This document shows positions 38,450 through 47,341 of a stretch of DNA of 64,000 nt, one piece after another (the first letter of the stretch is position 1; every line of letters starts with the position of its first letter). The notes below the pieces were generated by a model. It was not told the origin of the DNA. It searched no databases and was given only the letters and a program-made list of their open reading frames with translations. The stretch covers positions 1,257,856-1,321,855 of the forward strand of contig OZ244991.1 in NCBI GenBank assembly GCA_965223335.1. Direction: 5' to 3'. The position numbers and the translations under genes are program-made. The DNA comes from Thermodesulfobacteriota bacterium. GTDB lineage: Bacteria > Desulfobacterota_D > UBA1144 > Nemesobacterales > UBA2774.

Positions 38450-40390
38450 ATGCGTTTTATTTTCGTGATGATTTTATGTTTGTTATTTTCAGTACCACTT
38501 ACCTGGGGTTATTCCACAGATTCGGGTTTAATACGAGATAGTGACGGGAACAAGGTTAACTTATACGGTGTGAACTGGTTTGGATTCGAGACCAACGACC
38601 ATGTTGTTCACGGTCTTTGGGCTAGGAACTGGAAGGATATGATCTCGCAGATAAAAGGGCTCGGTTTTACAGCGATCAGATTACCGTTTTGCCCCCAAAC
38701 ATTAAATAACATTAATCCCACGAGCATTAATTATTCGAAAAATCCGGATCTTGTCGGTTTAGGCTCTCTGGATATTATGGATCAGGTTATAAGCGAACTT
38801 GATCGAGAAGGGTTTTATATACTGCTTGACCACCACACATCCGACTGTCAGACGATTGAAGAGCTATGGTACACATCAAATTACACAGAACAGGATTGGA
38901 TAGATGATCTAGTGTTTATAGCAAGCCGATATCAGGGGATAAAGGGTTTTCTTGGAATAGATATAAAGAATGAACCACATGGTCCTGCCACGTGGGGTGT
39001 GGGCAATCATGCTACAGATTGGAATAGTGCAGCTGAGAGAGCAGCTTCTGAAATTTTGGCTGTTAATCCCAATATACTCATTTTTGTGCAGGGCATAGAG
39101 AGCAACCCTGTGTGCAGTGGTACGGTTAACCACTGGTGGGGAGGGAATCTCGAGCCCTTTAGCTGTTTTCCACTGAATATACCTGAGGATAAACTAGTGC
39201 TTAGTCCCCATGTCTATGGCCCGGATGTTTATGAACAGCCTTATTTCAGTGATCCGGATTTTCCAAACAACATGCCGGGTATATGGGAGCAGCATTTCGG
39301 CTACCTTGTTCAAGAGGGGCAAGCTGTAGTCCCAGGGGAGTTCGGTGGCAGGTATGGACACGGCGGTGATCCCAATGACAAGGTTTGGCAGGACGCACTC
39401 ATCGATTACTTCCTCAGTAAAGGTATTACAAACTTTTTCTACTGGTCCTGGAATCCCAACAGCGGTGATACCGGGGGCATACTAAAAGACAATTGGCAAG
39501 ATGTGTGGCAGGATAAGGTGGGTTTATTGGCAAGGTTAATAAACGGTTCAACCACTCCACCTGCTGGGCCAGCTTGTTCGGACTCGTTAGATAATGACAA
39601 CGACGGTTTTGTAGATTATCCCGATGACCCGGGGTGTAACAGTGCGGACGACAATGATGAAACTGATTCTCCCAAACAAGGTAACCAGCTTAGCACCAAA
39701 CTCGTAATAAGTGATGACTGGGGCACCGGATATTGTGCCGATGTCACTGTGTCTAATACGGGTAGCGAGGATGAAGATTGGGTAGTGTCTTTTACAATCG
39801 AAGGGACAGTTAAGGATCTATGGAATGCAACATATTCTCAAGCTGGCGATCTTATAACAGCTCAAGGTGTGTCATGGAATAATATTGTTAATGCAGGTTC
39901 AACTGTAACATTCGGTTTTTGTGCAAATAGGAAAGCACCTTTACCGACTCCCACGCCAATACCAACACCGGTCTCGACTCCGACCCCTGTGCCAACTCCA
40001 ATACCCACTCCACCGCCCGTTGTGTTCGCTTGTTCTGACGGGTTAGACAACGATGGCGACGCTCTTATAGACTATCCGGCCGATCCCGGGTGCGATAACG
40101 CGGATGATTCCGACGAATACAATGTGCCGTCTGGTGCGGATGATCTAAGTATCGAGCTGATCATAACAAACGATTGGGGTAGGGGTTACTGTGCAGATGT
40201 GTTTGTTTATAACAACACAAGCACTAATATTGACTGGGTTGTTACATTTGATGCAGAAGGTTCTATTCGTAACATTTGGAACGCGGTTTATGAGCAAAGT
40301 GGGGAACAAGTGATTGCACGAGGTGCATCGTGGAACAATATTGTAAATGCCGGGAGTCATACTACGTTCGGATATTGTGCAATAAGATGA
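38450..40390 (+). CDS. secreted GH5 endoglucanase (cellulase) with two C-terminal [Asp-rich Cys-bracketed motif + CBM2] modules and a Pro/Thr linker
   Basis: AGGAGG RBS at 38436-38441 and ATG at 38450 (signal peptide MRFIFVMILCLLFSVPLTWG). GH5 catalytic motifs IKNEPHG (acid/base) and VPGEFGG (nucleophile). Two ~100-aa CBM2-like modules (WGTGYCADVTVSNTG...VTFGFCA and WGRGYCADVFVYNNT...TTFGYCA). Each follows a CSDxLDNDxDGxxDYPxDPGC acidic motif. PT-rich linker PLPTPTPIPTPVSTPTPVPTPIPTPPP. Confidence 0.85.
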   Translation: MRFIFVMILCLLFSVPLTWGYSTDSGLIRDSDGNKVNLYGVNWFGFETNDHVVHGLWARNWKDMISQIKGLGFTAIRLPFCPQTLNNINPTSINYSKNPDLVGLGSLDIMDQVISELDREGFYILLDHHTSDCQTIEELWYTSNYTEQDWIDDLVFIASRYQGIKGFLGIDIKNEPHGPATWGVGNHATDWNSAAERAASEILAVNPNILIFVQGIESNPVCSGTVNHWWGGNLEPFSCFPLNIPEDKLVLSPHVYGPDVYEQPYFSDPDFPNNMPGIWEQHFGYLVQEGQAVVPGEFGGRYGHGGDPNDKVWQDALIDYFLSKGITNFFYWSWNPNSGDTGGILKDNWQDVWQDKVGLLARLINGSTTPPAGPACSDSLDNDNDGFVDYPDDPGCNSADDNDETDSPKQGNQLSTKLVISDDWGTGYCADVTVSNTGSEDEDWVVSFTIEGTVKDLWNATYSQAGDLITAQGVSWNNIVNAGSTVTFGFCANRKAPLPTPTPIPTPVSTPTPVPTPIPTPPPVVFACSDGLDNDGDALIDYPADPGCDNADDSDEYNVPSGADDLSIELIITNDWGRGYCADVFVYNNTSTNIDWVVTFDAEGSIRNIWNAVYEQSGEQVIARGASWNNIVNAGSHTTFGYCAIR

Positions 40391-40403
40391 TCGATCGTGA
40401 ATC

Positions 40404-40435
40404 GGGAAGATGCAATAGGCATCTTCCTCTTGCTC
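40404..40435. terminator. candidate bidirectional intrinsic terminator hairpin between convergent cellulase and cytochrome genes
   Basis: Perfect 9-bp stem GGAAGATGC (40405-40413) / GCATCTTCC (40419-40427) with the 5-nt loop AATAG, followed by TCTTGCTC. Confidence 0.4.
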
Positions 40436-40451
40436 AAGGTCTAGTATTTTG

Positions 40452-43400
40452 TTAATCGATGTTTCTTGAGTCCGTGGCGAGCATTAGCTTCCAGTCTTTT
40501 ATAAACAGCTTGCCTGTGCTGTCAGTAACATCGGTGTTTAGGTGGCTTGTTAGGTAGTAAAGGCGGCGTATCTGGTCGTTTTCGGCCGCACCCACGTTGG
40601 CGTCGTTAAATCTCTGCTGCAGGTAAAACGGCGGGATTGACTGGTTGAAGAGTTTGACTTCAACCGTGGCAGCCGAAGCGAGTTCCTGGGGTGTTAAGTC
40701 CACCTCGTAAACTATAATGTCGGCTCCGGTGAGGAGTGGGTCGGTGTAGTAGGGGTCGTTGGCAGCGTTGCCGGGGATAATGGCCAGCTCCTGCACAAAC
40801 TCAGACGGGCTAGTGGCAAAGAAGTTGGGGTTAAACCCCTTGGGACGAAGCCTGTTGTTCTTTAATGTATTTACTCTCCTTAGAAAGCTTGTTGTCAGCT
40901 CGTTCTCCGAATCGGTGACAACCTCTTGGTAGATCTGTACCTCGTCCTGGCCGGTAATGGTCTGGTAATGGGGCTGGAAGCTCATAGGGTTCTCAAGCGG
41001 GAGCTCAGATGGCAGGACCTCACCAGTTGCCCCATCGATTATGGCCCCGACGCTGTTTGTACTGCCCGAGGCCCACAGTACGTTGCCTTGGCTGTCTTTT
41101 ACCACGAACTCTATGAATACGCGGCGAAACGCCACACCCGAGGGCAGGTAGTGGCCTACTTTGTTTGTTACCTTGACCTCGGCACGAATGCCCGAGCTAT
41201 CGACATCGAGCGATTGGATATCTATCTCGGCTGTCTGGTTCTCGGCCATGTCTATAAACGATTCCCTGGCTGCGGTAAGTGCCGGTACGGTGGCGACACC
41301 GGTCATAAAATCGATCTGTCTTATACCTAAAATCAGCGGGAACTCTTGGAACATCTCGTTTAAAAACACGTTAAGGCCGTGGAGACTGTGTCGTGCGTAC
41401 CTGTTGCGTTCGGTGAGCTCGATCTCGTTGTCGGGTAGTCTGTTGGACGTGGGAGGGAGGTTCGTAGACTCTATGTTTGCGATCTTGAACTTTAGCTCCT
41501 CGCCATGGAACTTGGTGGGCATATGACAGCCCTGGCATGTTTGTTCCAAGGGCCTCCCTGTTGCATAATCGCTGTTTTGCCATTCCAGATCTGTGGTCTG
41601 TTCGTAGCTAAATCCGAGCAGCTCACCCTCGTTGGTGACTACGGGCAGGAGTATGTTGTGGCAGGTCGCGCATATATCGGCTTTAAGTGTTTGACTGCCG
41701 AACTTAGGTTCGATGCCGATAGAGTTTTGCATGGGTTTTGTTACGACTTGTTGGTAGGGGCCGTAGATCTCGTTTGAGGGGCCGGTTACGAAGTTGCCGG
41801 TGTATATGTTGTCGGTTCCAAAGCCTGTGTCTACGATGTGGTGACACACGGTGCATGATATGCCGTCGCGTGCAAGGGAGCCGTAGCGCTGGTTCATGTT
41901 GGGATTGGAGCCCGGCCACTCGGTCACAGCACTGGCGGGAAGCGGTTCGCCGAAGGGGACTTCTGGTGGGGGAGTGATACCGAATAGATCTTTGCACATC
42001 TCGTCGTCTTGGTCGAGTGTGTCTATCTGGAGCTGGCGCTGTCCCATTACCCCGTGACAGTGTAAACAGGTGGTTTCTATGCATGCTGTGGGGTCCGGGA
42101 GCCCTGCCAACCCGCCGGCAAAGAAATTGGTCTCGCTCTCTACCTGAGCAAAAAATATGGGGTCGCGCCCGGCCTGACCGAGCGGGGAGGCCTTCCATTC
42201 GCTGTAAGGCGAGAGGTTGTATCTGGTAATAGTGCCGTCGATGTTTTTTTCTTCGAACAGCATGTTTGGTAAAGAGAAATTGATGAACGTCCCGTCATGA
42301 CAGCCGATGCATTGATCGGAGGTCAAAAACTTGGGCGGGCCCTCTGCGAACGAGACCTGGTGGTCGTATGTTTCCGCCGGCAGGCGTAGTGCCCAGGCCT
42401 CTTGGAACGTTACCTCGGGTATCTGGTTGTAGAACTCGAGGAACTCCTCTGTGGGCTCCGAAAGCGGGACCCCGAACGTGGGCATGAACCCATCTTCCTG
42501 CTGACTCTCGATAAAAAAGAGTGCTATCCTCTGAGGGATATGTAGTAGTCCATCGTAATTAGGGTCTTCCAAGGTAATCAAATTTGGGCTGAACTGTTTA
42601 AATTTGGTCCCGGGAGTGATTACGTTTACAAGGCTAGAAAAGGTTGATTCACTCACTGCCGACGCATGGCAGTTGAGACACCAGTTGCCGTACTGATTGT
42701 AAGTCCATACGGTATTGGGAAACTTTGAGTCCTCTATAAATAAGTAGCCAGTGGGGTACCAGGTTGAGTCTGGAAAGAGTGGTGGGTTGCCGGTGTTGTT
42801 GAAAAAGTCACGTGTGGTAATAGCTGATTTATTTAGAATCGGGGGATTGCCTATACTCCATTTCGGTATACTCGAGCCGCTAAGCTCAGCTCTGATGTCG
42901 CCCTGATACCAGCCGTCTTTAGATGCCTCATTCTTTTTTATAAAGTAGGTCCATGAAGTAGGCAGAACACTTACTGTTATATCCATGCACCCCTCGCTGT
43001 CGGTTACTATGCCCAGGTCCGAGTCTATGGGGTGCTGCTCTTTTATTATCATTGCGCCGTCGGGAAGGCCCCCCACGCGGCCTCCGCATAGCCACTCTAT
43101 TACCTCGGGGGAGTAGTAAATACGGACAGCAGTTGAGTGCACACCGAAAAACTCGCCGAAACCGATCATACCTAAGTAGGGTCCCGTCATCCTCCAGTTC
43201 ATGTCTCGGGCCCAGTTGAGTTGGGTATCGTAGTCACGGTCCCTTACAAATGCCTCAAAACTCTTATCGAAACTGTTCTTTGCATTTATATCTGATAGAG
43301 GGGCGGGGTCTCTTAAGTTGGGTGGTGCGGGTATGCCCGAACCCTCGTTTTCGTTGCACCAGTTGTTTATTTCCTGTTGAGTGAGCTCGATTACCGTGTC

Positions 43401-43526
43401 TGGGCAAACCCAGTCATTTGGGTCTGGAGGCAGGCCAGTTTTGTTATTGTTGTTGTTATTGTTACAAGCTGAGATTGGTAGAACTAAGAGCAGAACTACA
43501 AATAGATAGGTTTTGTTAAGTTTCAT
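40452..43526 (-). CDS. large multihaem c-type cytochrome lipoprotein (six CxxCH motifs), family unassigned
   Basis: I chose the MKLNKTYLFVVLLLVLPISAC start (lipobox ISAC). The ORF track begins 5 codons earlier, at 43541. Poly-Asn linker after the lipid-anchor Cys. Haem-binding motifs CLNCH, CIGCH, CLHCH, CTVCH, CATCH and CQGCH at about aa 288, 411, 492, 563, 624 and 670. The first ~280 aa and last ~350 aa contain no haem motif. Confidence 0.8.
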   Translation of the reverse strand: MKLNKTYLFVVLLLVLPISACNNNNNNNKTGLPPDPNDWVCPDTVIELTQQEINNWCNENEGSGIPAPPNLRDPAPLSDINAKNSFDKSFEAFVRDRDYDTQLNWARDMNWRMTGPYLGMIGFGEFFGVHSTAVRIYYSPEVIEWLCGGRVGGLPDGAMIIKEQHPIDSDLGIVTDSEGCMDITVSVLPTSWTYFIKKNEASKDGWYQGDIRAELSGSSIPKWSIGNPPILNKSAITTRDFFNNTGNPPLFPDSTWYPTGYLFIEDSKFPNTVWTYNQYGNWCLNCHASAVSESTFSSLVNVITPGTKFKQFSPNLITLEDPNYDGLLHIPQRIALFFIESQQEDGFMPTFGVPLSEPTEEFLEFYNQIPEVTFQEAWALRLPAETYDHQVSFAEGPPKFLTSDQCIGCHDGTFINFSLPNMLFEEKNIDGTITRYNLSPYSEWKASPLGQAGRDPIFFAQVESETNFFAGGLAGLPDPTACIETTCLHCHGVMGQRQLQIDTLDQDDEMCKDLFGITPPPEVPFGEPLPASAVTEWPGSNPNMNQRYGSLARDGISCTVCHHIVDTGFGTDNIYTGNFVTGPSNEIYGPYQQVVTKPMQNSIGIEPKFGSQTLKADICATCHNILLPVVTNEGELLGFSYEQTTDLEWQNSDYATGRPLEQTCQGCHMPTKFHGEELKFKIANIESTNLPPTSNRLPDNEIELTERNRYARHSLHGLNVFLNEMFQEFPLILGIRQIDFMTGVATVPALTAARESFIDMAENQTAEIDIQSLDVDSSGIRAEVKVTNKVGHYLPSGVAFRRVFIEFVVKDSQGNVLWASGSTNSVGAIIDGATGEVLPSELPLENPMSFQPHYQTITGQDEVQIYQEVVTDSENELTTSFLRRVNTLKNNRLRPKGFNPNFFATSPSEFVQELAIIPGNAANDPYYTDPLLTGADIIVYEVDLTPQELASAATVEVKLFNQSIPPFYLQQRFNDANVGAAENDQIRRLYYLTSHLNTDVTDSTGKLFIKDWKLMLATDSRNID

Positions 43527-43723
43527 TTCCCACGTCCCCAATTTTATTTGCCGGTGTGATTCGAAATGCAGTTAACTTTAAAATCCCCACCTATTATACA
43601 TATCACAAATTAATAAATATCTCTATATATTCATACACATTACTATAAAAATGTGTTCAATTAGGGTTGTATCCGGATTGCTTAGCTTTGTTGAGAAGCT
43701 CATACTCACAATATTGTTCGGCT

Positions 43724-45292
43724 CTATTGTTCCAACTTGCGTTTTTTCAATAAGCTCATAATCGAGTGGAGTTCATCGATACTCAGAAGTTTGGCGAGTA
43801 AAAAATATAGCCCTCCGGATACAAATATGGAACCGAAGAGTAGTATGAATTTTTGAGCTGAGAGTTCTGAGGTAGTCCACTGTGTGAGCTGTGTTATAGA
43901 CCATGCAACAGTAGCGGTGATAAGCGAGATGACTAGTATTTTCATGCAGTATGAAAAAAGCCCCGTGACTCCTAAATCCGGTGTTTTCTTCTCGAGGAGG
44001 TAAAGAAGTAAAATGAAATTCAATATCGAGGATACGGAGCTTGCGACTGCAAGCCCTGTGTGGTTCATCCCGAGTTTAAAACCCAACACAAAACCGATTG
44101 CAGCATTGGCCACAAACGCGATCAGTGCAATGACTACAGGCGTTTTGGTGTCTTGCATGGCGTAGAACGCGGGTGCTGTAATTCTTATGCCCCCCACTGC
44201 CCAGAGCCCAAACGCATAACCCAACAGTGCCTGGGACGTATAGACCATAGCCTCGGCACTGAACTCGCCGTGCTGGTAAAGCAGGTTGCATATGGGCTCG
44301 CGCAGAGCTATGAGCCCGCAAAGTGCTGGGATCAGGATAAACAGCACAAGCCTTAACGTGAACACGTAGGTCTCTTTAAACTTATCCATCTCGCCCCTCG
44401 ATATAAGAGAGGAGAGGTTTGGCAGCAGTACCGTTGCGACCGACACTGCAAAAATGCCCAACGGGAACTCTATTAGTCGTTCGGCGAAGTAGAGGTAAGA
44501 TACCGTCCCCTCGGGCATATATGATGCGTACTGGGTGTTTACAAGGATGTTGAGGTTGTACACGGCAATGCCGAAGAGCTGGGGGAGCATCAAAAGTGCT
44601 ATGCGTTTCACGGCAGGGGTCCAAATACTCTTGCTAAAACTAAATAGATATCCCCTGGTGCTTAGGAATGGCAATTGGAAAGCAAGTTGCAGGATGCCCC
44701 CTATGATGACTCCGATAGCTGCTGCATGGATCGGTATATTGAAATAGCTGTGCATCAATATGATCGTGAGCACAATGGCAATGTTGAATAAAACGGGTGA
44801 GAACGCCGGGGCAAAGAAATGTCGAAGTGAGTTTAGGATTCCCATAGACAAGGCTGTTAAAGAGATGAAGAACAGGTATGGGAACATAAACCGGTTTAGG
44901 TATACGGTTAGTCTGAATGTCTCTTCATCAAAACCCGATGCAAAGAGCTTTACTATGAAGGGGGAGAATATTACCCCGAGTGCTGTGATTACTAGGAGAA
45001 GAATAAAGAGTAGGGTAAATACGGAGTCGGATACTTTCTTGGCTTCTTCTTTATCTTTTTGTTCGAGCTGTTCAGTGAATACCGGGATAAACGATATTGT
45101 TAAAGAGCCCTCTGCAAAGAGGCGTCTTAGCAGGTTTGGGATCCTAAATGCTACCCAAAAGGCATCGGTCGCGTAGCCAGCACCGAAGAAATATGCAATG
45201 ACTACGTCTCGCAGGTACCCGGCAATCCGGCTTAAGAATGTAAGGGCGCCTACAAGGCCTGCGGACTTGGTTATTTGTTCATTTCGGTTCAT
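43724..45292 (-). CDS. murJ: lipid II flippase MurJ (MviN)
   Basis: 522 aa, about 14 TM segments. The N-terminal LSRIAGYLRDVVIAYFFGAGYATDAFWVAFRIPNLLRRLFAEG is the MurJ signature. Confidence 0.9.
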   Translation of the reverse strand: MNRNEQITKSAGLVGALTFLSRIAGYLRDVVIAYFFGAGYATDAFWVAFRIPNLLRRLFAEGSLTISFIPVFTEQLEQKDKEEAKKVSDSVFTLLFILLLVITALGVIFSPFIVKLFASGFDEETFRLTVYLNRFMFPYLFFISLTALSMGILNSLRHFFAPAFSPVLFNIAIVLTIILMHSYFNIPIHAAAIGVIIGGILQLAFQLPFLSTRGYLFSFSKSIWTPAVKRIALLMLPQLFGIAVYNLNILVNTQYASYMPEGTVSYLYFAERLIEFPLGIFAVSVATVLLPNLSSLISRGEMDKFKETYVFTLRLVLFILIPALCGLIALREPICNLLYQHGEFSAEAMVYTSQALLGYAFGLWAVGGIRITAPAFYAMQDTKTPVVIALIAFVANAAIGFVLGFKLGMNHTGLAVASSVSSILNFILLLYLLEKKTPDLGVTGLFSYCMKILVISLITATVAWSITQLTQWTTSELSAQKFILLFGSIFVSGGLYFLLAKLLSIDELHSIMSLLKKRKLEQ

Positions 45293-45332
45293 CGGAGTGT
45301 GTGTTCATGCCGTTTTAACTTTTAGTTCTTAT

Positions 45333-45554
45333 TTATGGACTTGGTGGGTCTACCTCGTCGAACTCAATCTCCTCTCTGAGAGCGTTTAGTATTGAAGCAA
45401 AAGCTTTATCGGTATCCGGTGTTGATATTACCTTAATTATTCCCTCTTCGGGGTATTCGGTGCGGACCCATGCCAGGTGGGTGTATGTGCCCAGGATTGA
45501 TTGGAAGTAGATCGTCTCGCTATTATTTTTGAGTTTGATGTAAGTGACTGCCAT
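45333..45554 (-). CDS. hypothetical small protein (73 aa)
   Basis: ORF located 40 nt upstream of murJ and co-directional with it. No recognisable motif. May not be a real gene. Confidence 0.3.
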   Translation of the reverse strand: MAVTYIKLKNNSETIYFQSILGTYTHLAWVRTEYPEEGIIKVISTPDTDKAFASILNALREEIEFDEVDPPSP

Positions 45555-45840
45555 GACTTTAATCAGAGAAAATAAAATCTAAATCACTAACTGTCAAATC
45601 GTAATTTTTTTATTTACAGACTGAATGTGTATAGGCGGGATCGGGGAGAATAGGGGTTAAGCGAGTGTTAAATTAGTCATATATAAATGGACTGATACAA
45701 ATAGGTTGTATCTGATACTTAAAGTCGAAGATTAATGTGCTCTAGACCCATCTTGAAATGTCCTAAAACTTGTACTCATTTGTAGTCTTATGTTGTAGAC
45801 GTAAATGACCGAAAAAAAATAATAAATGTGGTAAATGAGC

Positions 45841-45869
45841 TTGACAAAGCACGAACAATTTTATATAGT
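45841..45869 (+). promoter_or_regulatory. sigma70-type promoter upstream of the dcw cluster (Pmra-like)
   Basis: TTGACA at 45841-45846, a 17-nt spacer, and TATAGT at 45864-45869, about 60 nt upstream of the mraZ start. Confidence 0.55.
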
Positions 45870-45923
45870 GGTTCAGGGTGGTATATAGTGGCATGAGATA
45901 AATATAAAGTGGTATAGGGTGGT
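45868..45923 (+). promoter_or_regulatory. candidate MraZ operator: phased GTGG[T/C] direct repeats
   Basis: GTGGT tcagg GTGGT atata GTGGC (45868-45892): three 5-nt repeats with 5-nt spacers (10-bp phase), overlapping the -10 region and the predicted TSS. A second pair, GTGGT atagg GTGGT (45909-45923), abuts the mraZ start codon. Confidence 0.5.
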
Positions 45924-45928
45924 CGGTG

Positions 45929-46375
45929 ATGTTTCGTGGCAGATATGAGCATACGATGACTGAAAAAGGAAGGGTTAGCGTGCCTGCTAGGTTTAGAGAG
46001 GTGTGTAAGGAGCGCTATGAGGATGAGACTTTCGTGATTACAAATTTCGATAAATGCCTCGTGGCTTATCCTCTTAAGGAGTGGAGAGAGATTGAGCGAA
46101 AAGTGGTCGAGTTGCCGCAGTTCAAGCAGGAGGTCATATCGTTTTTGCGCTATCTAATGGGCGGAGCGGTGGATTGTCCTATAGACGGGCAGGGCAGGAT
46201 CTTGGTGCCTCAGTCACTTAGAAGCCACGCCAATATCAGCAAAGAGGTCATCATGGTAGGTATGCTGACAAGGTTTGAGATATGGGCTAAAGAAGTTTGG
46301 GAGGAAGAGCAGGCTGTTAGCGCCTATGACGAGTTTAAAAAGAGCAGAGAGCTTTTAGCGGCCGAAGGACTCTAG
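45929..46375 (+). CDS. mraZ: transcriptional regulator MraZ
   Basis: Starts MFRGRYEHTMTEKGRVSVPARFRE; it has the duplicated MraZ/SpoVT-AbrB-like fold. ATG at 45929; the ORF track used the GTG at 45926. Confidence 0.9.
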   Translation: MFRGRYEHTMTEKGRVSVPARFREVCKERYEDETFVITNFDKCLVAYPLKEWREIERKVVELPQFKQEVISFLRYLMGGAVDCPIDGQGRILVPQSLRSHANISKEVIMVGMLTRFEIWAKEVWEEEQAVSAYDEFKKSRELLAAEGL

Positions 46376-46378
46376 AGT

Positions 46379-47338
46379 ATGGAAAACGCGGTATTGGAAG
46401 TGGAAAAGATTATTCATAAATCGGTAATGGTCGATGAGGCTATGGAGTATCTCATTACAAACCCCGAGGGGACCTATGTCGATGCCACGGTGGGCTTGGG
46501 AGGTCATACGGGTGCGATACTGAGAAACACCGGGACCGGGGGCAAGGTAGTGGGCCTCGATGTTGACGAAGAGGTACTCGATATTGCGAGAGAGAGGCTA
46601 GAGAGCTATTCAAGCAAAGTAGTGTTGAGAAATAATAACTATTCGGCCATAGACAAGGTGCTCGCAGACCTGGGGGTAGAGCAGTTGGACGGGATAATAG
46701 CCGATTTGGGTATGTCGTCTTTCCAGATAGATTCGAGTGGGCGAGGGTTCAGTTTCCAGAGGGACGAGCCGCTTGATATGAGGATGGACGCAACTCTCCG
46801 GTTCCGCGCATATGACCTGGTAAACGAGATGACAGTTGACGAAATAACGAAGGTGTTAAAAACGTATGGCGAGGAGCGTTGGGCTAAGAGGATAGCAAAG
46901 AGGGTTGTAGAGAAGCGCAAAGGCTCTAAGATCAAGAGCTCGGCTGAGCTGGCCGGGATCGTATCGGATGCTATCCCCAACAAATTCCACTCGCCAAAGA
47001 TTCACCCGGCCACAAAAACCTTCCAGGCTTTTAGAATAGCGGTAAATAACGAACTCGAGAATTTGAAGGACTTCATAACGAAATCGGTCTCACTCCTTAA
47101 AGTAGGAGGGAGGATAGCAATAATATCTTTTCATTCCCTTGAGGACAGGGCGGTAAAGAGTTCATTCAGGAGGTTTGCATCGCCGTGTGTTTGCCCGCCT
47201 GACCTTCCAAGGTGTAGTTGCGGTAAAGAGAAGATGCTTAAAATTATTACACCTCGGGCAATCACACCCAGCGAGGACGAGGTTTTAAATAACCCCAGGT
47301 CGCGCAGTGCAAAGATGAGGGTTGCCGAGAGGGTATAG
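46379..47338 (+). CDS. rsmH: 16S rRNA (cytosine1402-N4)-methyltransferase
   Basis: 319 aa. HKSVMVDEAMEYL...YVDATVGLGGHT, and DLGMSSFQID. Confidence 0.95.
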   Translation: MENAVLEVEKIIHKSVMVDEAMEYLITNPEGTYVDATVGLGGHTGAILRNTGTGGKVVGLDVDEEVLDIARERLESYSSKVVLRNNNYSAIDKVLADLGVEQLDGIIADLGMSSFQIDSSGRGFSFQRDEPLDMRMDATLRFRAYDLVNEMTVDEITKVLKTYGEERWAKRIAKRVVEKRKGSKIKSSAELAGIVSDAIPNKFHSPKIHPATKTFQAFRIAVNNELENLKDFITKSVSLLKVGGRIAIISFHSLEDRAVKSSFRRFASPCVCPPDLPRCSCGKEKMLKIITPRAITPSEDEVLNNPRSRSAKMRVAERV

Positions 47339-47341
47339 GAT

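Noticed and set aside
41704-42198. 164-aa Arg-rich ORF, plus 41738-41977 and 42017-42229, inside the multihaem cytochrome gene
   Set aside because: Extreme Arg/Pro/His content is typical of an off-frame reading of a coding region. The minus-strand cytochrome frame has conserved CxxCH motifs and a signal peptide, so that frame is the real one.
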